NCBI GenBank assembly: GCA_002430725.1
Contig: DJCU01000001.1
Location: 9,639 to 73,638 of the forward strand
Direction: 5' to 3'
DNA length: 64,000 bases
Origin: Candidatus Gottesmanbacteria bacterium UBA5942
GTDB lineage: Bacteria > Patescibacteriota > Microgenomatia > UBA10105 > UBA927
Position 1 is the stretch's first letter; every line of letters begins with the position of its first letter. Below are positions 18,298-28,008 of this stretch, in pieces. The translations under genes were made by a program, and so were the position numbers. Below the pieces are notes generated by a model that saw nothing but the letters and a program-made list of their open reading frames with translations, ran no database searches and was not told where the DNA came from.

Positions 18298-19785
18298 TTA
18301 GCCTGTAGTGAACGCTATTATACCATCTTGGAGCATAAAATCAACTTTTTTATCCAAAAATATACCGCACTCCCCTCCCACTTCCACCTTGGTCACTTCG
18401 TTCTTTCCCTGTCGCACCGACTTAATCCGTGCGGTACCGATAACCTCTTCTCCGCGGACAATGCGTACGGTATCGCCTTTGGCGAGTCTACCTGAAGCTA
18501 CTTTTGTACCTAAAATACGCTCTTTCTCGTAGGGAAACTCAGCGATGATAACTCCATTACCCAATTCACGCTCCCGAACCAGTAAGTCAGCCATACCAGC
18601 AACGACATCCTCCATCTCATCCAGAAGCTCATAGATAATAGAATAAAGCCGATAAATAACCTTTTCGTGGGTGGCAAGCTTGTCTACTCCATGACCCGCT
18701 TTTACATTAAATCCAACGACAACCGCGCCTGTTGCCCGAGCTTCAAGAATATCAGCCTCGGTAATGTCGCCAAGCGATCCACGCACAACATCTATTTCTC
18801 CTTTTGGCAATGCTTCCAATACCGCTTCGAGCGAACCTGCGGTGTCGGCCTTGATAAGAAGCTTGAGACGCTTTTTGTCAGCCTCGGTCATAGCAGCGAG
18901 AAAATCAGCCACGTTTGCTGCTTTTGTCGGCTCACTACTCACTTTTTGTACTACTGTACCTGGCTCACTAGAAAGCATCGCCCCCACCGAAGGAAGAGTC
19001 GAAAATCCCAATACCTCAACCGGTTTCCCAGGTGCCGCGCTCGCCACTTGCTTACCGTTTTCATCAACCATCGCCCGCACTTTACCGAGTAATTTTTCTT
19101 CCTCATAAAGTGGCGTAGATACAGTAAGCGTGCCTGATTTTATCAAAAGCGTTGCCACCTGGCCTCGAAATTTATCAACTTTTGCCTCGATAACGACAGC
19201 GCTCACTGTGCCTGATGGCTCATTTGCCAATCCTTTCATATCCGAAACGAGTAAAATAAGCTCAAGCAAGTCATCTACCCCTTTTCCTTCTTTTGCAGAT
19301 ACCAATACAAATGGCACATCGCCACCATAGCCTTCGACCTGTACTTCGTATTTGGCTAAATCAGACTTTACTTTGTCGATAATGACACCTTCTATATCAA
19401 TTTTGTTGATCGCAACAATCATGGGGATGCCGGCAGCATGAATTTGCCTGATAGATTCAATTGTCTGCGGTTTCACGCTATCATTTGCGGCAACGACCAA
19501 AATGGCAATATCGGCAGCGCTGGCGCCACGCGAACGGATTTTACTGAATGCTTCGTGTCCTGGGGTGTCGATAAACGTAATTTTTCGATCCTCTTTTGAT
19601 TTGGTTGTTATATCTATCTGATATGCACCGATATGCTGTGTAATACCCCCATGTTCCCGGGCTGCAACTGTCGTTTTTCGAATGGTATCGAGTAAGGTGG
19701 TTTTACCGTGGTCAACGTGACCCAAAACTGCCACCACTGGTGGCCGAGAAGACACAGAAGTAACTGGTGAACTTTTTTTTGCCAT
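18298..19785 (-). CDS. infB: Translation initiation factor IF-2, minimal form beginning at the G domain.
   Basis: [21 protein letters not shown] and DTPGHEAF G-motifs. 495 aa with no N-terminal extension. Confidence 0.9.
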   Translation of the reverse strand: MAKKSSPVTSVSSRPPVVAVLGHVDHGKTTLLDTIRKTTVAAREHGGITQHIGAYQIDITTKSKEDRKITFIDTPGHEAFSKIRSRGASAADIAILVVAANDSVKPQTIESIRQIHAAGIPMIVAINKIDIEGVIIDKVKSDLAKYEVQVEGYGGDVPFVLVSAKEGKGVDDLLELILLVSDMKGLANEPSGTVSAVVIEAKVDKFRGQVATLLIKSGTLTVSTPLYEEEKLLGKVRAMVDENGKQVASAAPGKPVEVLGFSTLPSVGAMLSSEPGTVVQKVSSEPTKAANVADFLAAMTEADKKRLKLLIKADTAGSLEAVLEALPKGEIDVVRGSLGDITEADILEARATGAVVVGFNVKAGHGVDKLATHEKVIYRLYSIIYELLDEMEDVVAGMADLLVRERELGNGVIIAEFPYEKERILGTKVASGRLAKGDTVRIVRGEEVIGTARIKSVRQGKNEVTKVEVGGECGIFLDKKVDFMLQDGIIAFTTG

Positions 19786-19814
19786 ACTGTATAAAACCCA
19801 GTGCTCGTCTCATA

Positions 19815-20987
19815 CTAGCTTTCCTTGGTATCAGTTGAGGCTTGTACTGGCTCTGTTGTTGTGGACTCGCTTGGCGCTACTTCCGGCGCTTCCTCTGCGG
19901 CTGCTGCATCTGCAACCACTTCTTTCGCTACTTCAGGCGCAAGTTCAGGTGCTTCAGCTGGCGCTTCTTCAGCTACCGACTTCTCTTCTGTAGCTGCAGT
20001 TTCCCCTTGTGACGACTCTTCGGCAACGGGTACTGACCCGCCTTTTCCTTTAATATCAATTTTCCAACCAGTGAGTTTGGCTGCCAATCGAACATTGCCA
20101 CCATCCCTTCCGATAGCTAATGACAATTGATCGTCAGGCACCAACACAGACGCAACCTGTTTTTTCTCATCCAATGTTACTTCCATGTCTTTTGCAGGCG
20201 CTAAACTCGCCATAATAAATTGCTTCATGTCATCTGACCACTGAATAATGTCGACTTTTTCATTACCACCAAGCTCGTTTATGACTGCCTGTACGCGGAC
20301 ACCTTTTTGACCGACACATGAACCTACCGGGTCTACTCCAGGAGCAGTCGAATACACAGCAACCTTTGTTCTGTTTCCTGCTTCACGTGCGACAACACGA
20401 AGCTCGACTGATTTTTGTGCTACTTCAGGGACTTCTCGGGCAAATAAGCCTTCGACCAGTCCTTTGTGGGCACGAGAAACGATGATCTCATTGCCACGCA
20501 TAGTTTCGCGAATTCCCTCTATATAAAAAGTAAGGCGTTGATTGAGATAATATCGCTCAGCAGGATTTTGTTCCTGATTTGGCATGACCGCCTGAGTACG
20601 ACCGATATCGACAATGACATTTGGCCCATCAAACCGTAGGATCATCCCCGGTGCAATACCACCAACTTTTCCTTGGTAATCAGACAACACCGCCTGTTTT
20701 TCGGCTTCACGAATACGCTGAAGGATAACTTGTTTTGCAGTTTGAGCGGCAATCCGACCAAATCCTGGAGGGGTAACATCTTTTCCATCTTGGAGCACTC
20801 TCGCTTCACCGGTATCAGAGTTAAGGTCTACAGTAAGGGTAATAAGATCATCAGTACCATAATCCTTGCGATATGCGGCAAGAATAGCAGCTCTGATTGT
20901 TTCCATGACTACATTGGGGTCTATACCCCGTTCGGTAGCGACTTGGTTTAACGCTAATGAAAATTCTGATCGAACAACTGCTGGCAT
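19815..20987 (-). CDS. nusA: Transcription termination/antitermination factor NusA with an acidic Ala/Glu-rich C-terminal tail.
   Basis: NusA N-terminal domain, S1 and two KH domains (GGNVRLAAKLTGWKIDIKG). Low-complexity acidic tail. Confidence 0.9.
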   Translation of the reverse strand: MPAVVRSEFSLALNQVATERGIDPNVVMETIRAAILAAYRKDYGTDDLITLTVDLNSDTGEARVLQDGKDVTPPGFGRIAAQTAKQVILQRIREAEKQAVLSDYQGKVGGIAPGMILRFDGPNVIVDIGRTQAVMPNQEQNPAERYYLNQRLTFYIEGIRETMRGNEIIVSRAHKGLVEGLFAREVPEVAQKSVELRVVAREAGNRTKVAVYSTAPGVDPVGSCVGQKGVRVQAVINELGGNEKVDIIQWSDDMKQFIMASLAPAKDMEVTLDEKKQVASVLVPDDQLSLAIGRDGGNVRLAAKLTGWKIDIKGKGGSVPVAEESSQGETAATEEKSVAEEAPAEAPELAPEVAKEVVADAAAAEEAPEVAPSESTTTEPVQASTDTKES

Positions 20988-21007
20988 GGTTTTCTCCTTA
21001 TGTTAGT

Positions 21008-21029
21008 AAAAAAGGCGGGTCACCCCACC
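21008..21029 (-). terminator. Terminator-like hairpin plus U6 inside the nusA 5' leader, between its promoter and the Shine-Dalgarno. Candidate attenuator.
   Basis: Minus-strand RNA GGUGGG-GUGA-CCCGCC followed by UUUUUU, then ACUAACAUAAGGAGAAAACC-AUG. Confidence 0.5.
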
Positions 21030-21054
21030 TTTATCTCTTCAATTCTTACTCCCT

Positions 21055-21083
21055 ATTATAGAGCCTCACAGCTTATGCGTCAA
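21055..21083 (-). promoter_or_regulatory. Sigma70-like promoter of the nusA operon.
   Basis: Minus-strand TTGACG - 17 nt - TATAAT. Confidence 0.55.
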
Positions 21084-21087
21084 TTCC

Positions 21088-21987
21088 TTATAGTTTCCCC
21101 TCCTCCAACTCCTCAAGAAGCTCTTTTTGACGTTTGGAAAGATGGGTAGGAACTTTGAGCTGAATTTTGACGTATTGGTCACCTCTGCCATTACCCCGAA
21201 CGTGCGGCACTCCTTTACCGCGGAGGCGAATAAGCGTGCCTGGCTGAGTACCGGGTTGGATACGAATACTTACCGGTTCATCTACAGTTTGTACATCCAA
21301 CACTCCTCCTAAGGCAGCCATCGAAAACGGGATTTGCTGCTCCAAAACAATATCATCACCTTCTCGATGAAATTTTTTATCAGGGCGTACTGCTATGACA
21401 AGATCAAACTCATCAAAGCGTATGCGGCTTCCTGTGTCGACACCTGCCGGAATTTTTATCGTTTTCCGTACTGACCCATGCCCTGCTCCTCCCGCTGGCA
21501 CATGTATCTCACGAGTCACACCCTTGACGGCATCCATAAAATCTATAGCAATTTCATACGAAGGGTGTGGTCGTCTCCCTCTTCCTTGTGAAAATCCACC
21601 GCCAAAAAACTGCTCAAATATCTCAAATGGGTCTAAATCTCCGCCAAAACCACCAAAGGGATTACCTCCCTGACCGCCAGACGTAGAATAATAATATTGG
21701 AACGGCCCTTGTCCAAATCCACCGCCACCAAACGGTCCTTGTCCTGAAGCTCCCGCTCCCGGCTGAAACGCGGCATGACCAAACTGATCATACGTTTCTT
21801 TCTTTTTGGCGTCAGAAAGCACTGAGTATGCTTCGTTAATTTCTTTAAATTTTTCGTTGGCGTTTGCCGCTTTGTTCCTATCTGGATGCCACTCCAACGC
21901 GAGCTTCCGGTATGCAGATTTTATTTCCTGCGCGGATGCTGATTTTGACACTCCCAACACTTCATAAAAATCACGTTTTGTTGCCAT
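21088..21987 (-). CDS. dnaJ: DnaJ-family co-chaperone lacking the Cys-rich zinc-finger domain (CbpA/DnaJ class B like).
   Basis: J domain [33 protein letters not shown], a Gly/Phe-rich region and C-terminal substrate domains. No CxxCxGxG repeats. Confidence 0.8.
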   Translation of the reverse strand: MATKRDFYEVLGVSKSASAQEIKSAYRKLALEWHPDRNKAANANEKFKEINEAYSVLSDAKKKETYDQFGHAAFQPGAGASGQGPFGGGGFGQGPFQYYYSTSGGQGGNPFGGFGGDLDPFEIFEQFFGGGFSQGRGRRPHPSYEIAIDFMDAVKGVTREIHVPAGGAGHGSVRKTIKIPAGVDTGSRIRFDEFDLVIAVRPDKKFHREGDDIVLEQQIPFSMAALGGVLDVQTVDEPVSIRIQPGTQPGTLIRLRGKGVPHVRGNGRGDQYVKIQLKVPTHLSKRQKELLEELEEGKL

Positions 21988-22057
21988 AGAACTGTGTATA
22001 TTATAAACAATTGAGCGCGCCTTCGCGCGCCCAATACTCATATAGCACTGTAATCAA

Positions 22058-22255
22058 TTAGCTACTCTGGCGACGACTTCTCATCTGAGCTGTTACCCGC
22101 CTGACAAGTTCATCAAAAGGACGGCTTAGCGCATCAATCAGAGCTTTATGCTTACGCTCTCCTTTATCTATCAACACTACTTCGCCGCCACCACCCTTTC
22201 GCGCATATCTCCGTTCGCGAATTCTCCTTCTCTGGCGCTCAGCTAATTCGTTCAT
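22058..22255 (-). CDS. Small basic hypothetical protein (65 aa) between dnaK and dnaJ.
   Basis: ORF MNELAERQRRRIRERRYARKGGGGEVVLIDKGERKHKALIDALSRPFDELVRRV starts 10 nt after the dnaK stop, on the same strand and inside the operon. No recognizable family. Confidence 0.35.
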   Translation of the reverse strand: MNELAERQRRRIRERRYARKGGGGEVVLIDKGERKHKALIDALSRPFDELVRRVTAQMRSRRQSS

Positions 22256-22264
22256 ACCACCCTA

Positions 22265-24181
22265 TCAGCTTACCACTTCCCCTTCTTCAGCTTTTGCTTT
22301 ATCGTCCGGCTTTTTCTCACCGTTTTCTGCCTTCTGCTCATCTCCTGCCCCAGTTGCTCCCGAAGCGTCTCCCGGTGTTCCTTGAGGAGGCTGTTGATAC
22401 ATCGCCGCCCCTACTTTTTGGACAACATCGGAAAGCTCACTTGTCTTAGTCTCCAAATCTTCTTTCGAGCCGGTTTCCAATATTTCTTTAAGCGCCTTCA
22501 CTTTTTCTTCAATCGCAGACTTGTCCTCCGGTTTGGCTTTATCCCCTGCGTCTTTCACGGTTTTTTCAGCAAGGTAGATCATGTTATCTGCCTTGTTGCG
22601 GGCCTCAATCTTTTCCTTCTTTTCCGTATCAGCAGCAGCATTGGCCTCTGCTTCCTGGCGCATTTTCTCTACTTCTTCTTTAGATAACCCCGTAGAGCCG
22701 GTAATTTTTATCGAGCTCACTTTTCCGCTCGCTTTATCTTTGGCGGACACCGAAAGAATACCGCTCGCGTCTATATCAAAGGTCACCTCAACCTGCGGAG
22801 TCCCCCGTGGTGCCGGTGGAATTCCGGATAAGACAAACCGCCCGAGCGATTTATTATCCGCTGCCATTGGGCGCTCCCCCTGCAACACATTAATTTCGAC
22901 AGACGTCTGGTTATCAGCCGCTGTTGAGTAAATCTCCGTTTTAGAAGTCGGCACCGTTGTGTTTCGCGCAATCATCGGAGTCGAAACACCTCCAAGCGTT
23001 TCTACACTCAGAGTTAGCGGGGTCACGTCCAGTAGTACAACATCCTTCACATCTCCGGAGAGCACTCCGGCTTGTACTGCCGCACCGATAGCTACCACTT
23101 CATCTGGGTTTACAGACACATTTGGCTCTTTGCCAAAAAATTCTTTCACTACTTCAATGACTTTTGGCATGCGAGTCATACCACCCACCATAACCACTTC
23201 ATTGATATCCGATACTTTAAGCTTGGCATCGGCTAAACATTTTTTGACAGGCTCAATCGACTTCTGGATAAGGTCAAGTACAATTGACTCAAGCTTTGCT
23301 CGAGTAATTTTGACAACCAGATGAAGCGGGCCATCTTTACCCTGAGTAATAAAGGGTAAATTCACCTCTGCTTCCATGGCACTGGAAAGCTCAATCTTTG
23401 CCTTCTCAGCAGCATCACGTAGACGCTGCAATGCTTGATTATCTTTCCGTAGATCAACGTTGTTTTCCTTTTTAAACTCATCGGCAAGGTAATCCAAAAT
23501 CTTTTTATCAAAATCGTCTCCTCCCAAATGAGTATCCCCATTGGTAGCTTTTACTTCGTACACTCCCTCGCCAAGCTCAAGAATAGAGATATCGAATGTT
23601 CCACCTCCCAAGTCATAGACTGCTATGGTGTGAACGTTTTTCTTATCCAATCCGTATGCGAGCGCTGCAGCGGTCGGCTCATTTAATATCCGGAGCACTT
23701 CTAGTCCTGCGATTTCTCCTGCTTGTTTCGTAGCTTGTCGTTCAGAATCATCAAAATATGCAGGAACCGTAATGACCGCTTGGGTCACTGGCTCTCCCAG
23801 ATATTTTTCAGCATCGGATTTGATTTTCGCCAAAATTTTGGCGGAAATTTCTTGTGGGGTGAAGGTTTTACCTTCCACTTCCACAACAGCCATATCGTTT
23901 TTCCCAGATTTGATGGTGTACGGAAGCCACTTCGCATCTGTCTGCACTGACGCATCAGAATATTTGCGACCAACAAGGCGCTTGACTGAAAACACAGTGG
24001 ATTTAGGTTTTAATACCGTTTGTCGCTTTGCAACGTCTCCAACGATATTCTTAATAGGATCAACGACCGATGGGATAACATTTCTTCCTTCAGCAGAATG
24101 AATAACCTTCGGAGATCCGCCCTCCATTACTGCAACACATGAATTTGTTGTTCCTAAATCAATACCAATTATTTTTGCCAT
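22265..24181 (-). CDS. dnaK: Chaperone DnaK (Hsp70).
   Basis: [18 protein letters not shown] and DLGGGTFD Hsp70 signatures. Confidence 0.95.
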   Translation of the reverse strand: MAKIIGIDLGTTNSCVAVMEGGSPKVIHSAEGRNVIPSVVDPIKNIVGDVAKRQTVLKPKSTVFSVKRLVGRKYSDASVQTDAKWLPYTIKSGKNDMAVVEVEGKTFTPQEISAKILAKIKSDAEKYLGEPVTQAVITVPAYFDDSERQATKQAGEIAGLEVLRILNEPTAAALAYGLDKKNVHTIAVYDLGGGTFDISILELGEGVYEVKATNGDTHLGGDDFDKKILDYLADEFKKENNVDLRKDNQALQRLRDAAEKAKIELSSAMEAEVNLPFITQGKDGPLHLVVKITRAKLESIVLDLIQKSIEPVKKCLADAKLKVSDINEVVMVGGMTRMPKVIEVVKEFFGKEPNVSVNPDEVVAIGAAVQAGVLSGDVKDVVLLDVTPLTLSVETLGGVSTPMIARNTTVPTSKTEIYSTAADNQTSVEINVLQGERPMAADNKSLGRFVLSGIPPAPRGTPQVEVTFDIDASGILSVSAKDKASGKVSSIKITGSTGLSKEEVEKMRQEAEANAAADTEKKEKIEARNKADNMIYLAEKTVKDAGDKAKPEDKSAIEEKVKALKEILETGSKEDLETKTSELSDVVQKVGAAMYQQPPQGTPGDASGATGAGDEQKAENGEKKPDDKAKAEEGEVVS

Positions 24182-24207
24182 ATATTTCTCCTTTCTGAGA
24201 GATAAAA

Positions 24208-24684
24208 TTAATTACTTTTTGGCGCCGAAGTACCTACTTTTACCCGAGCAACCCTAAGAACCTTGTCGCGGAACCGATACCCTGGTACTACTTCTTCCAC
24301 GACTTCATTTTGCTTACCACTCACGACCTCAATACAATCCATTTCTTCAGGGTTAAACTCCTTACCAACCACTTCAATACGACTCACCCCTTGTTCTGCT
24401 AACACAGACAACAATTCTTTGTATGCCAAATCCAATCCCGGATCTTTTATGTGCTCCTGCACTTTGCTAAACGTATCCACCACCGGCAGCAATCGTGATA
24501 ACACCATTTCAGCAGCATACATACGCACATGAGACACTCGCTCATCACTTCGCTTCTCCAAGTTCTGATAGTCAGCAAGTGCCCGCAAATATTTTAATTT
24601 CCACTCATCAACTTCATTTTTTTGTTCCACTACCACATCTTCCATTTTTGTTTTTGGTTTTGGTTGATCTTGTGTTTTTTTCAT
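24208..24684 (-). CDS. grpE: Nucleotide exchange factor GrpE.
   Basis: Coiled-coil N-terminus and a GrpE C-terminal beta domain ([15 protein letters not shown]). Confidence 0.85.
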   Translation of the reverse strand: MKKTQDQPKPKTKMEDVVVEQKNEVDEWKLKYLRALADYQNLEKRSDERVSHVRMYAAEMVLSRLLPVVDTFSKVQEHIKDPGLDLAYKELLSVLAEQGVSRIEVVGKEFNPEEMDCIEVVSGKQNEVVEEVVPGYRFRDKVLRVARVKVGTSAPKSN

Positions 24685-24693
24685 AATTCAAAT

Positions 24694-25419
24694 TTAGCTT
24701 GCAAATTCATCAATAAGATTTCCTAAATATCGGACTACGGGAATAACGGTCGGATAATTAAGTCGAGACGGCCCGATTACTCCGATTGCTCCAGTTACAT
24801 GCGATGTTTTAAATTTGTAATATACAAAGCCGCATTGTGTCAGCGCACCAGTCGATAGATCATCTCCAACTAAAATAGAAAATGGCGCATCGTGTAATTC
24901 CAACACTTTCCACCAAAAAGCGTATTCATCCAGCGTTCCCAACAATTCATGAGTGAGTTGATAATCATAAAACTCGGGCATGTCCAATATGTTTGCCGCT
25001 CCAGAATAATAGAGATCGCCTTCATTAGTCGCGGTAATTGCCAAGGTTTTCGTTTTTTCCGCCAGCGCTTTGGTTGCTTCACGCAATAATTTGTCTATTT
25101 CCTGACGATAACTCCACACTTTTTCCTTTACTGCCACCTCTTCGGCAACTGAAAGATCCTTAGGTTTCATGAGCTGCTCAACGTAGTACTTCATGGCAAC
25201 CGGTGTTGGTGTACGCCCGGCTGATGTGTGTGGTTGCTTTAACATCCCTATTTCAGTCAACCGCACCATTTCATTTCGAATAGTCGCAGGAGAAACACCT
25301 AAGTTATGTTTCTTTTCTAACGTCTCGCTTCCCACAGCCTCTGCTGTCATGATGTACTCATCGATGACCGCCTTCAAAATCTGTATTTGACGAGGAGTAA
25401 GATCGGTTACTGCGTCCAT
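24694..25419 (-). CDS. hrcA: Heat-inducible transcription repressor HrcA.
   Basis: LTPRQIQILKAVIDEYIMTAEAVGSETL winged-helix N-terminus. Start set at MDAV because the annotated upstream ATG lies inside the CIRCE element. Confidence 0.85.
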   Translation of the reverse strand: MDAVTDLTPRQIQILKAVIDEYIMTAEAVGSETLEKKHNLGVSPATIRNEMVRLTEIGMLKQPHTSAGRTPTPVAMKYYVEQLMKPKDLSVAEEVAVKEKVWSYRQEIDKLLREATKALAEKTKTLAITATNEGDLYYSGAANILDMPEFYDYQLTHELLGTLDEYAFWWKVLELHDAPFSILVGDDLSTGALTQCGFVYYKFKTSHVTGAIGVIGPSRLNYPTVIPVVRYLGNLIDEFAS

Positions 25420-25420
25420 A

Positions 25421-25447
25421 TTAGCACTAATATACATCGAGTGCTAA
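25421..25447 (-). promoter_or_regulatory. CIRCE operator (HrcA binding site) overlapping the hrcA promoter.
   Basis: TTAGCACTA-ATATACATC-GAGTGCTAA against the consensus TTAGCACTC-N9-GAGTGCTAA: one mismatch. Confidence 0.85.
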
Positions 25448-25457
25448 CAGGTGTCAA
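25429..25457 (-). promoter_or_regulatory. Sigma70-like promoter of hrcA (TTGACA - 17 nt - TATATT), positioned for a leaderless or near-leaderless transcript.
   Basis: Minus strand: TTGACA at 25457-25452 and TATATT at 25434-25429. The hrcA ATG is 9 nt downstream of the -10 box. Confidence 0.55.
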
Positions 25458-25530
25458 GTGGGTTTAGACACCTTGTGTGACATCGCACTATTGCCATTAT
25501 CAGATCACTCCATCATAATGGATAATAGGC

Positions 25531-26574
25531 ATGAAACGAATTGTTATTATTGTAGTTTCCCTGATATTACTTTTAGCTATTCCCGCTTCGGTATTCCTTA
25601 CCATGCGAACACAGGAATTACGGAAAAAGGCTGCGCCCGCAACAACCCTTACTCTCACTCCAACAACTATTACCAAAGGAGTTGGTGAAGAATTCACCCT
25701 TGAAGCCCGCATGAACACTGGGGATAATCAAATCGTTGCGGTAGAACTTAATCTCACCTTTGACCCCACCAAGCTTCAGGCTGACTGGATTCACAATGGC
25801 ACAATGTTTCCAAATATTCTTTCTTCCGGCACCGTAGGGAACGGCACAGTATCCATCGCACTCGGAGCAACAAATACTACTACACCTATAACTGGTACGG
25901 GTACTGTCGCGACCATTAAATTCAAAACGCTAGCGCCAACGACAGCCCCAATCGCAGTTCGGTTTGCAGCGGACACTTTTGTCGGCGCGCTAAACGAAGG
26001 AAGTACCAACGCGCTTACAAGCTCAGTACCGGCAACAATTACGATTACCGGAGGCGGATCTACTGGCGTTACCCCGACAACAACTATCACAGCAGCGACT
26101 ACTCCAACGGTAACACTGACACCCACGCTCACCCCAACGTTGGGAGCATCAGACAGCGCAAGTCCATCAGCAGTAAGCATCGAAAGTCCATCACGGAATG
26201 AACGTGTTGAGACACTTCAACCAACAATCATCGGAAAAGCGCCACCCGGCTCAGTAGTCACCGTTACCGTTTATTCTGATCCCATCACCGTCACCGTTAC
26301 CGCAGACGCAAACGGTGATTGGTCGTATACCCTCACTGAACCGCTTGCGTCAGGGCCACACACGATCGTTGTCGCTGCACAAGATGCAGAAACAGGACAG
26401 TCCCACACTGCAACCCTCGCATTTGTTGTAGCAACTGATGGTGACAATGGTGCATCTGGAAGCGCTACCCCTGTTGCAGGCGCTGTAGAAAACACCATTG
26501 CACTTCTTGCATTAGGATTTATATTTATCGGTATGGGCGCTTTCATTCCTAAATTACGGAGGGTAGACCTATGA
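25531..26574 (+). CDS. Surface protein: signal/TM, cohesin-like domain, Ig-like domain, and a C-terminal TM anchor with a basic tail.
   Basis: GEEFTLEARMNTGDNQIVAVELNLTFDPTKLQ...GTVATIKFKTLAP resembles the cohesin fold. Thr-rich linker. C-terminus IALLALGFIFIGMGAFIPKLRRVDL. Confidence 0.5.
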   Translation: MKRIVIIVVSLILLLAIPASVFLTMRTQELRKKAAPATTLTLTPTTITKGVGEEFTLEARMNTGDNQIVAVELNLTFDPTKLQADWIHNGTMFPNILSSGTVGNGTVSIALGATNTTTPITGTGTVATIKFKTLAPTTAPIAVRFAADTFVGALNEGSTNALTSSVPATITITGGGSTGVTPTTTITAATTPTVTLTPTLTPTLGASDSASPSAVSIESPSRNERVETLQPTIIGKAPPGSVVTVTVYSDPITVTVTADANGDWSYTLTEPLASGPHTIVVAAQDAETGQSHTATLAFVVATDGDNGASGSATPVAGAVENTIALLALGFIFIGMGAFIPKLRRVDL

Positions 26575-27974
26575 GTCTCATCATGCGACAAGCCTCTGGT
26601 CGAACAACATCCATCATTTCATTTTTAGGTCTTATCGTATTCTTACCATTATTTATTATGGCAGTCGGCCAAACGATTACCCTGCTCTCGCGTGCATCGG
26701 GGAAACCAGCAGATATCACTGTCGACACGAAATCTCGTCTAGAGACCATAAACACAGACTTCTATCACGCGTTTGCGCAAGGGGGTGAAGAATCGAATGA
26801 CATGATCGCCTCGATTACTGCAGATACCCGAGCGCTCAAGCCAAAGCTTATACGACTCGACCATCTCTATGATCATTATGATGTCGTAGGGAGAGATGGA
26901 AGTGGACTCACATTTAACTGGTCGAAACTCGATGAAGTAGTAAACACAGTAATCGCAACGGGTGCCCGACCGGTATTAGCACTTTCTTATATGCCGGGTG
27001 TTATCGCACAAGACGGCAATATCATTAACCCCCCAAACGACTGGAATGAATGGGCGCTCGTCGTACAGCGCACTATCGAGCATTATAGTGGTAAAAGTGG
27101 ACGCAACTTAAATGGTGTGTATTACGAGGTATGGAATGAGCCTGATCTGGCACAATTCGGTTCATGGAAAATGGGCGGAGAAAAAAGCTATCTCACACTT
27201 TATCGATATGCAGCAATTGGCGCAAATAACGCTCAAAATGTAAACACATTTTATCTTGGTGGCCCATCAACAACAGGTCTTTACAAAAACTGGATCATAG
27301 GACTTGTTGAGTCAGGAAATAGAGTAAATTTCTTATCATGGCACACGTATCTTTCCGACCCTGAACGATTTGCAACCGATCAACGCAACATTATCCAATG
27401 GCTACTTCCCTATCCCAATTACACACTGCTCCCTAAACTTATCACCGAGTTCGGGTTTACAGGAAGCAAGAGTATTGGGTATGGCGGCAACTACGGCGCC
27501 GCTCATACAGCTGCGGTTATCCGACAGCTTATATCCGGCGGGCCTACCTATATTTTTAGTTTCCAGCTCAAAGACGGGCCAGGTCAGACAGATGGATCTG
27601 GCTGGGGACTTATTACCCACGATGATAATGGACTCAAGAAAAAACCACGATATTACGTCTATAATTTTCTCGATACCATGGCAGGTACTCGATTACTGCT
27701 TACTGGAGAAGGCTCATGGGTTACCGGGTTTGCTACTGTCAGGGATGATGTTATTCGGGTGATGCTCGTGAATTTTGATGCAAACGGAAGTCATAGTGAA
27801 CAAACGCCCGTAAAGTTTACCAACCTCGAAGTTGGTTCGTACACGCTTCGCACTCGGTTTATGCTTGGACGCGATACCAGCACAACGTTCGAAGCACAAG
27901 ACAGCACAATCGCTACAGATATCTTTATGCCAGCCCAGAGCATCGCGATACTGGAGCTTACGAAACAACCATAA
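26571..27974 (+). CDS. Clan GH-A glycoside hydrolase (GH39/GH5-like) with an N-terminal membrane anchor.
   Basis: YYEVWNEPD (acid/base Glu) and ITEFGFTG (nucleophile Glu) are spaced as in GH-A (beta/alpha)8 enzymes. Start overlaps the upstream stop as ATGA. Confidence 0.6.
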   Translation: MSLIMRQASGRTTSIISFLGLIVFLPLFIMAVGQTITLLSRASGKPADITVDTKSRLETINTDFYHAFAQGGEESNDMIASITADTRALKPKLIRLDHLYDHYDVVGRDGSGLTFNWSKLDEVVNTVIATGARPVLALSYMPGVIAQDGNIINPPNDWNEWALVVQRTIEHYSGKSGRNLNGVYYEVWNEPDLAQFGSWKMGGEKSYLTLYRYAAIGANNAQNVNTFYLGGPSTTGLYKNWIIGLVESGNRVNFLSWHTYLSDPERFATDQRNIIQWLLPYPNYTLLPKLITEFGFTGSKSIGYGGNYGAAHTAAVIRQLISGGPTYIFSFQLKDGPGQTDGSGWGLITHDDNGLKKKPRYYVYNFLDTMAGTRLLLTGEGSWVTGFATVRDDVIRVMLVNFDANGSHSEQTPVKFTNLEVGSYTLRTRFMLGRDTSTTFEAQDSTIATDIFMPAQSIAILELTKQP

Positions 27975-28008
27975 TACAGAGGAAATTTCAGACCTGAAGA
28001 TATACCAC

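Noticed and set aside
22041-22059. CIRCE-like half-site ATAGCACTG upstream of the annotated long dnaJ start.
   Set aside because: There is no matching inverted partner at the 9-bp spacing, and the true dnaJ start is the downstream Met.
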